Assembly (NCBI RefSeq): GCF_000012925.1
Contig: NC_007517.1
Span: forward strand, 3,270,001 to 3,302,000
Length of the DNA stretch: 32,000 nucleotides
Reading direction: 5' to 3'
From: Geobacter metallireducens GS-15
GTDB lineage: Bacteria > Desulfobacterota > Desulfuromonadia > Geobacterales > Geobacteraceae
The notes beneath the pieces were generated by a model. That model ran no database searches. It saw nothing but the letters and a program-made list of their open reading frames with translations, and was not told where the DNA came from. Numbering within the stretch: the first letter of the stretch is position 1; each line of letters starts with the position of its first letter. This document shows positions 16,313 through 26,380 of this stretch, piece by piece. The position numbers and the translations under genes are program-made.

Positions 16313-17584
16313 CTACCGCTTCAGCGCCTTTGCCCCGATATCCTTCCTGAAATGGACCCCTTCCCAGCAGATCTTCGCGACCCCCCGGTAGGCCCGATCG
16401 ATGGCGTCCTTCACGGTGGCGCCGAGGCCGGTAACCCCCAGCACCCGCCCTCCGGCAGTAACGATCTTCCCGTCCCCGGCAGCAGTGCCGGCGTGGAAAA
16501 CGTAGAGGTCATCGATGGCGGCAGCCTCGTCGAGCCCGCGAATCTCGTCCCCCTTCCGGTAGTCGGCGGGATATCCCTCGGCAGCCATGACAACGCAGAC
16601 GGCCGCCTTGTCGTGCCACTCGATGGCAACCCCAGACAGGTCCCCCCTGGCCACGCCGAGGAGCACCGGCACGATGTCCGACTTCATCCGCATGAGGAGC
16701 GGTTGGCACTCGGGGTCGCCGAAGCGGGCGTTGAATTCCAGAACCTTCACGTCGCTGCCGTTGATCATGAGCCCCGCATAGAGAACCCCCCGGTAGGGGC
16801 GCCCCTCGGCGGCCATGCCGTCCACGGTCCGGCGCATCACCTCGGCCATGGCGAAGTCGTGGATGGTTTGGGTAACCACCGGCGCAGGCGAGTAGGCCCC
16901 CATCCCTCCGGTGTTGGGCCCCTGGTCGCCGTCGAAGACCGCCTTGTGGTCCTGGGCGCTGGCCAGAGGAATAATCTGTTTTCCGTCGGTGAAGGCAAGG
17001 AACGAAGCCTCCTCCCCCACGAGGAACTCCTCGATCACCACCCGGGAACCGGCCGAGCCGAAGGCGTTGCCGGAGAGCATGTCGTTCACCGTTGCCACAG
17101 CCTCGTCTCGGCTCTGGGCGATGATGACTCCCTTGCCGGCGGCCAGGCCGTCTGCCTTGATGACGATGGGGACCCCGACCTTGTCGATGAAGGCGACAGC
17201 CGGGTCCACCTCGGTGAAGACGTCGTAGGCGGCCGTGGGGACGCCGTACTTTTTCATGAGATCCTTGGAGAACGCCTTGCTCGCCTCGATGATGGCCGCG
17301 TTCCTCCGGGCGCCGAAGACCAGAAGGCCATGTTCCTCAAAGAGATCGACAATGCCGAGGGAGAGCGGCAACTCCGGCCCCACCACCGTAAGGCCGATTT
17401 CCTTTTCCTTGGCAAAGGCCAGGAGGCCGGGGAGGTCGTCCACCGTCAGGGGGACATTCTCGGCAAGGGCGCCGATGCCAGGGTTACCCGGGGCACAGTA
17501 GACCTTTCCAACCAGAGGGGACTGGGCAATCTTCCAGACAAGGGCATGCTCCCGCCCGCCGCCGCCGACAACGAGTACTTTCAT
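16313..17584 (-). CDS. purD: Phosphoribosylamine--glycine ligase
   Basis: 423 aa. MKVLVVGGGGREHAL and ATP-grasp motifs are present throughout. Confidence 0.95.
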   Translation of the reverse strand: MKVLVVGGGGREHALVWKIAQSPLVGKVYCAPGNPGIGALAENVPLTVDDLPGLLAFAKEKEIGLTVVGPELPLSLGIVDLFEEHGLLVFGARRNAAIIEASKAFSKDLMKKYGVPTAAYDVFTEVDPAVAFIDKVGVPIVIKADGLAAGKGVIIAQSRDEAVATVNDMLSGNAFGSAGSRVVIEEFLVGEEASFLAFTDGKQIIPLASAQDHKAVFDGDQGPNTGGMGAYSPAPVVTQTIHDFAMAEVMRRTVDGMAAEGRPYRGVLYAGLMINGSDVKVLEFNARFGDPECQPLLMRMKSDIVPVLLGVARGDLSGVAIEWHDKAAVCVVMAAEGYPADYRKGDEIRGLDEAAAIDDLYVFHAGTAAGDGKIVTAGGRVLGVTGLGATVKDAIDRAYRGVAKICWEGVHFRKDIGAKALKR

Positions 17585-17621
17585 AAAAAAATCTCCGTGG
17601 TGGATTTTCGTAATATTCGCC

Positions 17622-19187
17622 TTAGTGCCTGAAATGCCTCATCCCCGTGAAGACCATGGCCATGCCGTGCTCATCAGCAGCGGCGATCACCTCGGCGTCG
17701 CGCATGCTTCCCCCGGGCTGGATGACCGCCGTGATCCCCACGGCGGCGGCGTTGTCGATGCCGTCGCGGAAGGGGAAGAAGGCATCGGAGGCCATGACCG
17801 CCCCCTGCACCTCAAGCCCCGCGTGCTCCGCCTTGATGGCGGCGATGCGGGCCGAGTTGACCCGGCTCATCTGGCCGGCCCCGACGCCGATGGTCATGCC
17901 GTCCTTGCCATAGACGATGGCATTGGACTTCACGAACTTGGCCACCCGCCAGGCGAACTGGAGGTCGATCATCTCCTGCGCCGTGGGCTGGCGCTTCGAC
18001 ACCACCTTCAACTCGGCCGAGAGGGCCAAGTCAGTGTCCTGGACCAGAAGCCCGCCGTTCACCCGCTTGAAATCGAGGCGCTGGGCCGGCTGGGCCGGCC
18101 ATATGCCGCACTCCAGGAGCCGGACGTTTTTCTTGGCCGCCACCACCTCCACGGCCGCTTTGGAAACTGAGGGGGCGATGATCACCTCCACGAACTGGCG
18201 GTCACAGATGGCCTTGGCCGTCTCGGCGTCCAACTCGCCATTGAAGGCGATGATGCCGCCGAAGGCCGATTCGGGGTCGGTGGCGTAGGCCCGGTCGTAG
18301 GCCTCCAGGAGGTTCTTCCCGATGGCCACGCCGCAGGGGTTCGCGTGCTTGACAATGACGCAGGCGGGCCCTTCGCTGAACTGCTTCACGCACTCCAGGG
18401 CCGCGTCGGTGTCGCCGATGTTGTTGTAGGAGAGTTCCTTCCCCTGGAGCTGGCGGGCCGTAGAAACCGACGCCTCCTGCACCTGCCGCTCCACGTAGAA
18501 GGCGGCCGATTGGTGGGGGTTTTCGCCGTAGCGCATCTCCTGGGCCTTCTTGAACTGGAGGGTAATGGTGTCGGAATAGGTAGCGACCCCCTCCCCGGTC
18601 CGGGCGCCGAGCCAGTTGGAGATGGCGCCATCGTAGGCAGCGGTGTGCTGGTAGACCTTCACCGCCAGGCGGAAGTTGGTCTCCTTGGCAACGGAGCCGC
18701 CCGATGCCTTCATCTCGTCAAGGACCGTCCGGTAGTCGGCCGGGTCCACAACGACCGTCACGTCGGCGTTGTTCTTGGCCGCGGAGCGGAGCATGGTGGG
18801 GCCGCCGATATCGATGTTCTCGATGGCGTCCTCAAGGGTGCAGGCGGGATTGGCCACGGTGGCCTCGAAGGGGTAGAGGTTCACCACCACCATGTCGATG
18901 GGGAGGATGCCGTGTTCCTTCATGGTGGCCACGTGCTCCGGGTTGGAGCGCATGCCAAGGAGCCCGCCGTGGACCTTCGGATGGAGGGTCTTCACCCGGC
19001 CGTCCAGCATCTCGGGGAAGCCGGTGTGCTCGGACACGTCCTTCACCGTCAGGCCGGCATCCCGGAGCAGCTTTGCGGTGCCGCCGGTGGAGAGGATCTC
19101 GACGCCGTAGCCGGCCAGTTCCCTGGCGAACTCGACAATGCCGGTTTTGTCGGAAAGACTGATAAGCGCACGGGTAATCTTTGCCAT
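17622..19187 (-). CDS. purH: Bifunctional AICAR transformylase / IMP cyclohydrolase
   Basis: 521 aa. [20 protein letters not shown] and the C-terminal MRHFRH are all characteristic. Confidence 0.95.
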   Translation of the reverse strand: MAKITRALISLSDKTGIVEFARELAGYGVEILSTGGTAKLLRDAGLTVKDVSEHTGFPEMLDGRVKTLHPKVHGGLLGMRSNPEHVATMKEHGILPIDMVVVNLYPFEATVANPACTLEDAIENIDIGGPTMLRSAAKNNADVTVVVDPADYRTVLDEMKASGGSVAKETNFRLAVKVYQHTAAYDGAISNWLGARTGEGVATYSDTITLQFKKAQEMRYGENPHQSAAFYVERQVQEASVSTARQLQGKELSYNNIGDTDAALECVKQFSEGPACVIVKHANPCGVAIGKNLLEAYDRAYATDPESAFGGIIAFNGELDAETAKAICDRQFVEVIIAPSVSKAAVEVVAAKKNVRLLECGIWPAQPAQRLDFKRVNGGLLVQDTDLALSAELKVVSKRQPTAQEMIDLQFAWRVAKFVKSNAIVYGKDGMTIGVGAGQMSRVNSARIAAIKAEHAGLEVQGAVMASDAFFPFRDGIDNAAAVGITAVIQPGGSMRDAEVIAAADEHGMAMVFTGMRHFRH

Positions 19188-19222
19188 GGTGTCACTCCTT
19201 GAGAATTGAATTGATGAATCGA

Positions 19223-20497
19223 TCAGATTGTATGCGGGAAATTGATATGCTGCAGAAAGTGCTTCTCGAAGGCTGGGGTGCCGGAAAGTGGTATGACGCG
19301 GATCGTTCCGGCAAGATGGTCAACCGCCGCAAGCCCCCCGGAGGTAAGGAGCGCGTGCTCAACGCCGCGAAGCGCCCCTTCCCGGACGAAACTCGTCGTT
19401 TGTACCATGTTTTCCGTGAAGACTCCAAGGCTTTTTAGGCTATGCGGGTCGAGAACGGCGCCGAAGGAGCCGGTCAGGACCACGCTCCCCACCGCCCCGC
19501 TTTCGATCCCCGCCCGGTCGAACAGAACCTCCATGCCGGCCCGGATCGCCCCCTTGGCCAGCTGCACCTGACGGATGTCCTCCTGGGAGAGCCAGACCGT
19601 CCTCGTCGCATCCCGATGGAGCACGAAGGCCCGCTCATCCCCCATGGTCGTAAGCCGGTTGCCGATGCTCGACGGGATCTCCTCCGGCGGCAGGAGCCGG
19701 CCGGTGGAGTCGATGGCCCCCTGATCGAGGAGCAATGCAATGGCCGAAAGGACGCCGGAGCCGCAGATGCCCGTGGCCGGCTTCCCCTCGACGGTCGAGA
19801 CGAGCAGGCGCTCACCGTCAAAAGTCACCCCGCTGATGGCACCGGGAAGCGCCGCCATGCCGCACGAAAGGTTCCCTCCCTCAAAGGCAGGGCCGGCCGC
19901 GGCAGAGGTGGCGAGGAGCTTTCCGTCCGCCGCCAGGGCGATCTCGCCATTGGTTCCCATATCGAGGTAAAGACGGGGACCAGGGACCGGGGACCGGGGA
20001 CCGGGAACGCCATGGAGGAACGCCACGGTGTCGCCGCCGACAAAGCCGCCGGGGAGGGGAAAGAGGAATACCTCAGCCGGAAGATCCCAGCCGAGCCCAA
20101 CAGCGGGAACGGTTTTGCCGGCGGTGAAGAGGGGACGGTACGGGGGGAACGCGAGGGCATCAACCGGAAGGTCCAGCAGAAGATGCTCCATGGCGGGATT
20201 GCCGGCCACCGCTATAGTGACGAGGTGCTCCGGAGATCTCCCGACGCTCTCCAGAAGCTCCCCCGCCAGGCGGCCAATCGCCCCGCGGACCAACTCCGCC
20301 ATCCGGTGTCGAGCCTCTTTGGAACGGCAGGCGGCATCGAGGCGCGCAATGACATCGGCACCGAATTCACGCTGGGGGTTCAGGCTGCCGGCAACGGCCA
20401 ACCGCTCGCCGGTGGCCATATCGAGGAGGGAGGCGGCCAGGGTCGTGGTGCCAAGGTCAACGGCAATGGCAAGCCGATCAGGCGATGACAACGGCAT
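19223..20497 (-). CDS. ASKHA-fold protein, DUF4445 family (RACo C-terminal-domain-like), carrying an in-frame heptad array
   Basis: ORF 19223..20536. The likely start is [19 protein letters not shown] (ATG 20497). The ASKHA phosphate motifs DLGTTT and DMGTNGE are present. There is no N-terminal ferredoxin domain. It overlaps the selD 3' end by 20 nt. Confidence 0.75.
   Translation of the reverse strand: MPLSSPDRLAIAVDLGTTTLAASLLDMATGERLAVAGSLNPQREFGADVIARLDAACRSKEARHRMAELVRGAIGRLAGELLESVGRSPEHLVTIAVAGNPAMEHLLLDLPVDALAFPPYRPLFTAGKTVPAVGLGWDLPAEVFLFPLPGGFVGGDTVAFLHGVPGPRSPVPGPRLYLDMGTNGEIALAADGKLLATSAAAGPAFEGGNLSCGMAALPGAISGVTFDGERLLVSTVEGKPATGICGSGVLSAIALLLDQGAIDSTGRLLPPEEIPSSIGNRLTTMGDERAFVLHRDATRTVWLSQEDIRQVQLAKGAIRAGMEVLFDRAGIESGAVGSVVLTGSFGAVLDPHSLKSLGVFTENMVQTTSFVREGALRGVEHALLTSGGLAAVDHLAGTIRVIPLSGTPAFEKHFLQHINFPHTI
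19975..20007. repeat. Heptad array D: GGGGACC AGGGACC GGGGACC GGGGACC GGGAA, inside a coding sequence
   Basis: Read directly. It encodes [12 protein letters not shown] just upstream of the DMGTNGE motif. It shares 31 identical nt with array E. Confidence 0.95.
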
Positions 20498-21509
20498 GCT
20501 CCCGGGGAGGGAGAACCCCACCCACGGCGACGGCAAAGAGCCCTCGGTCCCGGGCCATGGAGAGGAAGGAGTCGGCGAATTGCGGCGAAAGGGTGATGAG
20601 GAGCCCCCCGGAGGTCTGGGGGTCGAAGAGGGGGATGAGCCGGCCTCCCGCCCCGGCGGAAACGGAGACTAAGGGGGTATAGTGATCGCGGTTGCGGTAG
20701 CAGCCGGCCGGCACGAGGCCATCGGCCACAAGGTCCTCGACTCCTCCCATGAGGGGAACGGCGTCAAGGGCGATTTCGAGGGTAACGCCGGCTCCCCGGG
20801 CCATCTCGCAGGCATGCCCCAGAAGGCCGAAACCGGTGACATCGGTGCAGGCGGAAGCCTCGCATTCCAGCATGAGCCCCGCAGCCGAAGCGTTCAGGAG
20901 CGCCATCCAGCGGATCGCTTCGTCGACAACGCCGGGTGCAACCATGTCGGCCTTGATGGCCGTGGAGACTATCCCCGTCCCCAGGGGCTTGGTGAGGATG
21001 AGCCTGTCGCCGGGGCGGGCCGTGGAGTTGCGCACGATCCGCCCGGGGCTGATGAGACCGGTGACCGAGAGACCGTATTTCAGCTCGTGGTCCTCCACCG
21101 TGTGCCCCCCCACGAGGCAGGCCCCCGCCTCCCGCACCGCGTCAAGGCCACCGGCCATGATGTCGGCCAGGATCTGTCCCGGCAGGGTGCAGGCCGGGAA
21201 GAAGGCCAGGTTCATGGCGGTCACCGGCCTTCCACCCATGGCGTAGACATCGGAGAGGGCGTTGGCCGCCGCAATCCGGCCGAAAGTGAACGGGTCATCC
21301 ACCAGGGGGGTGATGATATCCACCGTATCCACCAGGGCGAGCCCCTCCCCTATCCGGTAGACCCCCGCGTCGTCGGCGGTCTCCGGCCCCACGAGGAGGT
21401 TCGGATCGTCTCCCTTCCCCAGGATGCCGCTCAGTGCGTCTTCCAGGCCCGCCGGGCCCAGCTTGGCCGCTCAGCCGGCCGCTTTTACGAGGGATGTCAG
21501 CTTGATCAT
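20478..21509 (-). CDS. selD: Selenide, water dikinase (selenophosphate synthetase) with an in-frame UGA selenocysteine codon at 21471-21473
   Basis: I joined ORF 20478..21392 to the last 12 codons of ORF 21471..21884, which are in the same frame. The result is [51 protein letters not shown]. This matches the SelD N-terminal glycine-rich loop, where Sec or Cys sits (E. coli: GAGCGCK...DPNLLVGNETRDDAAVY). Confidence 0.85.
21443..21473 (-). promoter_or_regulatory. UGA(Sec) codon plus a downstream GC-rich hairpin (SECIS candidate)
   Basis: The mRNA reads UGA GCGGCCAAG CUGGGCCC-GGC-GGGCCUGG. An 8-bp stem (including G-U pairs) starts 10 nt after the UGA, which is the position expected for a bacterial SECIS. 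Confidence 0.5.
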
Positions 21510-21514
21510 CACAG

Positions 21515-22654
<1,140 letters not shown>

Positions 22655-22759
22655 GCCCCTTTTCCTACCACTTCCCGCCGGTGGTGTAAAGCATGAACCT
22701 GACACTGTGATGCCCCCGCTTCAGGGTGAAATCCGCCCGGCGTCAACGGGTTAAATCCA

Positions 22760-22788
22760 TTGACTTAACGGGAAAATTCGGTTAGCTT
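22760..22788 (+). promoter_or_regulatory. Candidate sigma-70 promoter of the thi operon
   Basis: TTGACT-17 nt-TAGCTT, placed just upstream of the riboswitch. Confidence 0.45.
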
Positions 22789-22799
22789 TGTCTACACAA

Positions 22800-22951
22800 A
22801 AGCAGCCTGCTGGGGGAGTTCTTCGAGAACTGAGACGGGCACCGCCCGAACCCTTACCACCTGATCCGGGTAATGCCGGCGTAGGGAAGCGGCCAGAGAC
22901 CTCGTTTACCTCGTTGAGTTCTGGGACCGTGACCATCGTCACGGTTTTTTT
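22800..22951 (+). ncRNA. TPP (THI-box) riboswitch with a terminator expression platform
   Basis: The conserved THI-box core is CUGGGGGAG...CUGAGA...ACCCUUACCACCUGAUCCGGGUAAUGCCGGCGUAGGGAAG. It is followed by the hairpin ACCGTGAC-catc-GTCACGGT and a T7 run (22926-22951). Confidence 0.9.
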
Positions 22952-22966
22952 GTTTGGGAGATCACC

Positions 22967-24460
22967 ATGGGCAGCAACGGCCACAATCTCCGGCTGGTCG
23001 TCAATCGCGACAAGCAGGACTCCCCCATCCGGGGGGTGTACCTGGTCACCGACCACGGCGACCGTCTCGCGGAGCGGGTGGAGGCGGCAATCGACGGCGG
23101 GGTCCGCATCGTCCAATACCGGAACAAGGGAAAGGACCGGGCCCAGCGCTACGCCGTGGGTGAGGAACTACGGGACCTCTGCAGCCGGCGGGGGGTGATC
23201 TTCATCGTCAACGACGACCTGGATCTGGCGCTGCAACTCAAGGCCGATGGCATCCACCTGGGGCAGGAGGACGGCGACCCCCGTATTGCCCGGCGCGAAC
23301 TGGGACCGGGTAGAATCATCGGCGTCTCCACCCATACCATGGAAGAAGCCCTGGCGGCCCAGGCGGCGGGGGCCGACTACATCGGCTTCGGCGCCATGTT
23401 CCCCACCAACAGCAAGGAGATCGGGCACCTGGCCGGGCCCGAGGGGCTCGCCGCCATCCGCAGCCGAATCATGATCCCCATTGTTGCCATCGGCGGCATC
23501 AGCCGGGACAACGGCCCACGGGTGGTCGACGCCGGAGCCGACGCCCTGGCGGTCATCTCGGCGGTTCTCGCCCATCCGGACCCGTTCCTGGCCGCGACGG
23601 AGCTGGGCCTTCTCTTCAACCGGCGCGCACCACATCCCCGGGGGGCTGTGCTCACCATTGCAGGAAGTGACTCGGGGGGCGGAGCCGGCATCCAGGCCGA
23701 CCTCAAGACCGCGACACTGCTGGGGAGCTACGGCTCATCGGTCATCACGGCGCTCACTGCCCAGAATACCCGGGGGGTCTCCGGCATTCACGGCGTCCCC
23801 CCCTCCTTCGTGGCCGAGCAGCTCGATGCGGTCCTTTCCGACATCCCCGTGGACACGGTAAAGACCGGCATGCTCTTCTCTGCCGAAATCATCGCCACCG
23901 TGGCCGACAAGCTGGCCGAGTACCGGAAGCGGATCGTGGTGGTGGACCCGGTCATGGTCGCCAAGGGAGGCGCCCCCCTCATCGACCGGGGAGCCGTGAA
24001 CGTCCTCAAGGACCGCCTCATGCCCCGCACCTACCTCCTCACCCCCAACATCCCCGAGGCGGAACGGCTCACGGGGCTCACCATCGTCGACGAAGAGGGA
24101 ATGCAGGAGGCGGCCCGGCGCCTCTTCCGTCTCGGTGCCCGCAACGTCCTCGTCAAGGGGGGGCATCTGGTGGCCGGTGATGCGGTGGACATCCTCTTCG
24201 ACGGCTCCGCCTTCCACCGTTTCACCGCGCCCCGCATCCTCAGCAAGAACACCCACGGAACCGGCTGCACCTACGCCGCGGCCATCGCCACCTACCTGGC
24301 CCAGGGAGAGCCGCTCCGGGAGGCCGTTGGCCGCGCCAAGGAGTTCGTCACCGCCGCAATCCGCCTGGGCCAGCCCCTGGGCCGGGGGCACGGACCGGTG
24401 AACCACCTCCTCGCCGCGCTTGAAGTCGGGGACCAGGGACCGGGGACCGGGGACCGGTAA
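22967..24460 (+). CDS. thiED: Fused thiamine-phosphate synthase (ThiE, N-terminal) / hydroxymethylpyrimidine-phosphomethylpyrimidine kinase (ThiD, C-terminal)
   Basis: 497 aa. ThiE motifs are GVYLVTD, IVQYRNK and GADYIGFGAMFPT. ThiD motifs are VLTIAGSDSGGGAGIQADLKT and HGTGCTYAAAIA. The last 10 codons ([10 protein letters not shown]) are heptad array E. Confidence 0.9.
   Translation: MGSNGHNLRLVVNRDKQDSPIRGVYLVTDHGDRLAERVEAAIDGGVRIVQYRNKGKDRAQRYAVGEELRDLCSRRGVIFIVNDDLDLALQLKADGIHLGQEDGDPRIARRELGPGRIIGVSTHTMEEALAAQAAGADYIGFGAMFPTNSKEIGHLAGPEGLAAIRSRIMIPIVAIGGISRDNGPRVVDAGADALAVISAVLAHPDPFLAATELGLLFNRRAPHPRGAVLTIAGSDSGGGAGIQADLKTATLLGSYGSSVITALTAQNTRGVSGIHGVPPSFVAEQLDAVLSDIPVDTVKTGMLFSAEIIATVADKLAEYRKRIVVVDPVMVAKGGAPLIDRGAVNVLKDRLMPRTYLLTPNIPEAERLTGLTIVDEEGMQEAARRLFRLGARNVLVKGGHLVAGDAVDILFDGSAFHRFTAPRILSKNTHGTGCTYAAAIATYLAQGEPLREAVGRAKEFVTAAIRLGQPLGRGHGPVNHLLAALEVGDQGPGTGDR
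24428..24457. repeat. Heptad array E: GGGGACC AGGGACC GGGGACC GGGGACC GG, followed by the TAA stop
   Basis: Read directly. It has the same orientation as arrays A and D. Confidence 0.95.
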
Positions 24461-24482
24461 TACCGTTTTGTCCAACCAGATC

Positions 24483-24664
24483 CGTGAGGCGAGGGAGCCT
24501 GACGGAGCGAATGCGCCCTCTTTCGTCGCCGCTCTTGGCGACATGGAGCGGCCACAGCCGATCGTGTCCGAACCCGCAGGGTGAGTTGATCGGCTGTAGC
24601 GTAACGAGCCTTAGAGCGGCAGAAGGAGGGCGCTCTGAGCGGAGGCAGGTTTCCTCGCCTCACG
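24483..24664 (+). other. Unclassified ~180-nt element of nested helices between thiED and thiC
   Basis: P1 pairs 24483-24494 (CGTGAGGCGAGG) with 24653-24664 (CCTCGCCTCACG). P2 pairs 24513-24520 (GCGCCCTC) with 24626-24633 (GAGGGCGC). The P3 hairpin is GTCGCC/GGCGAC (24525-24542). P4 pairs ACAGCCGATC with GATCGGCTGT (24554-24597). A GAGCGG motif recurs four times (once as GAGCGA). Confidence 0.6.
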
Positions 24665-24700
24665 AATTCAGCGTTCAATCAAACCAAGGAGTATCAGCAC

Positions 24701-26011
24701 ATGGCAACGACGCAGCTTGAATACGCCCGCCAGGGAATCATCACCGACAAAATGAAGGAAGCCGCTCTGGCCGAGGGGGTTTCCCCCGAGTTCATCCGCG
24801 AGGGGATCGCCGCCGGCACCATCATCATCTGTCACAACATCAAGCACGGCAATGGCCGCCCCCTGGCCGTGGGAAAAGGGCTCCGCACCAAGGTGAACGC
24901 CAACATCGGCACCTCGGCCGATGACACGGACATTACCAAGGAGCTGGAAAAGGCCCGCGTTGCGGTCCGCCACGGCGCCGACGCCATCATGGACCTCTCC
25001 ACCGGCGGCCCTGTCGACGAGATCCGCCGCGCCATCATCGCCGAGACCAACGCCTGCATCGGAAGCGTCCCCCTCTACCAGGCGGCCCTCGACGCAGTGC
25101 GCACCAAGAAGAAGGCCATCGTCGACATGACCGTGGACGACATCTTCGAGGGGATCATCAAGCACGCCGAGGACGGGGTCGACTTCATCACCGTCCACTG
25201 CGGCGTGACCCGCTCCACCGTTGAGCGGATGAAGAACGAAGGGCGGCTCATGGACGTGGTTTCACGGGGCGGCGCCTTCACCGTGGAGTGGATGGCCTAC
25301 AACAACTGCGAGAACCCCCTCTTCGAGCACTTCGACCGGCTCCTGGAGATCACGAAGGCCTACGACATGACCCTCTCCCTGGGGGACGGCTTCCGTCCCG
25401 GCTGCCTGGCCGACGCCACCGACCGGGCCCAGATCCACGAGCTGATCATCCTGGGCGAGCTGACCCAGCGTGCCCAGGCCGCCGGCGTCCAGGTCATGAT
25501 CGAGGGGCCGGGCCATGTCCCCCTTAACCAGATCGAGGCCAACATCCTCCTCCAGAAGCGCCTCTGCCACGGGGCACCCTTCTATGTCCTCGGCCCCCTG
25601 GTCACCGACATCGCCCCGGGCTACGACCACATCACCTGCGCCATCGGCGGGGCCATCGCCGCCTCGGCAGGGGCCGACTTCCTCTGCTACGTGACCCCCT
25701 CCGAGCACCTGCGCCTGCCGAGCGTCGAAGACGTCCGGGAAGGGGTCATCGCCTCCCGCATCGCGGCCCACGCCGCCGACATCGCCAAGGGGGTCAAGGG
25801 GGCCATGGAGAAGGACATCGCCATGGCCAAGTGCCGCAAGAAGCTCGACTGGGAGGGGCAGTTCAATCTCTCACTCGATCCGGAGAAGGCTCAGCGGCTA
25901 CGGGCCGAATCGGGGGTTGCCGAGCACGGCGCCTGCACCATGTGCGGCGAGTTTTGCGCCTACAAGGTCATGGACGACGCCATGGAAAAGCAGCGGGCCG
26001 CCGGCCACTGA
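24701..26011 (+). CDS. thiC: Phosphomethylpyrimidine synthase
   Basis: 436 aa. It has a typical ThiC core and the C-terminal CX2CX4C cluster motif [11 protein letters not shown]. An AAGGAG RBS precedes it. Confidence 0.95.
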   Translation: MATTQLEYARQGIITDKMKEAALAEGVSPEFIREGIAAGTIIICHNIKHGNGRPLAVGKGLRTKVNANIGTSADDTDITKELEKARVAVRHGADAIMDLSTGGPVDEIRRAIIAETNACIGSVPLYQAALDAVRTKKKAIVDMTVDDIFEGIIKHAEDGVDFITVHCGVTRSTVERMKNEGRLMDVVSRGGAFTVEWMAYNNCENPLFEHFDRLLEITKAYDMTLSLGDGFRPGCLADATDRAQIHELIILGELTQRAQAAGVQVMIEGPGHVPLNQIEANILLQKRLCHGAPFYVLGPLVTDIAPGYDHITCAIGGAIAASAGADFLCYVTPSEHLRLPSVEDVREGVIASRIAAHAADIAKGVKGAMEKDIAMAKCRKKLDWEGQFNLSLDPEKAQRLRAESGVAEHGACTMCGEFCAYKVMDDAMEKQRAAGH

Positions 26012-26069
26012 CCGGCCGATTAGCCGTTGACTTGACAGACAAAGTACGGTATTTATTTTTTCCTCATTC

Positions 26070-26144
26070 GCCACCGTAGCACAGGGGTAGTGCAGCCGAT
26101 TCGTAATCGGCAGGTCAACGGTTCAAATCCGTTCGGTGGCTCCA
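26070..26144 (+). tRNA. tRNA-Thr (anticodon CGU)
   Basis: I folded the cloverleaf by hand. Acceptor GCCACCG/CGGTGGC; D arm GCAC/GTGC; anticodon stem GCCGA/TCGGC with loop TTCGTAA; T arm AACGG-TTCAAAT-CCGTT. The CCA end is encoded. Confidence 0.9.
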
Positions 26145-26153
26145 CCAACAACA

Positions 26154-26188
26154 AAGGTTCACGGTTTTCGCCGTGAACCTTCTTTTTT
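26154..26188 (+). terminator. Rho-independent terminator after the tRNA
   Basis: AAGGTTCACGG-ttttcg-CCGTGAACCTT followed by CTTTTTT. Confidence 0.85.
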
Positions 26189-26380
26189 GCCACATCCAGG
26201 ACCGGGCCGGTCTTTTTCGTGCCACCTCTCCGCGCTACCCTTCCCCAACGACAGCCGCCGTTGCCTTGCTTGTACTCGGCTCGACCTATGATATTTTATG
26301 AATGTATTCGATGTGTGGCCCTGCACGCATGGCGAAGCTGAAACGCGGGTATGAACCAGCGCGACAGAATGGAGGGAGCG

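Noticed and set aside
24461-24700. A second TPP riboswitch in front of thiC.
   Set aside because: The conserved THI-box elements are not present in the required order. There are only loose matches (GCCUGACGG, CUCUGAGC), and they occur in the wrong arrangement.
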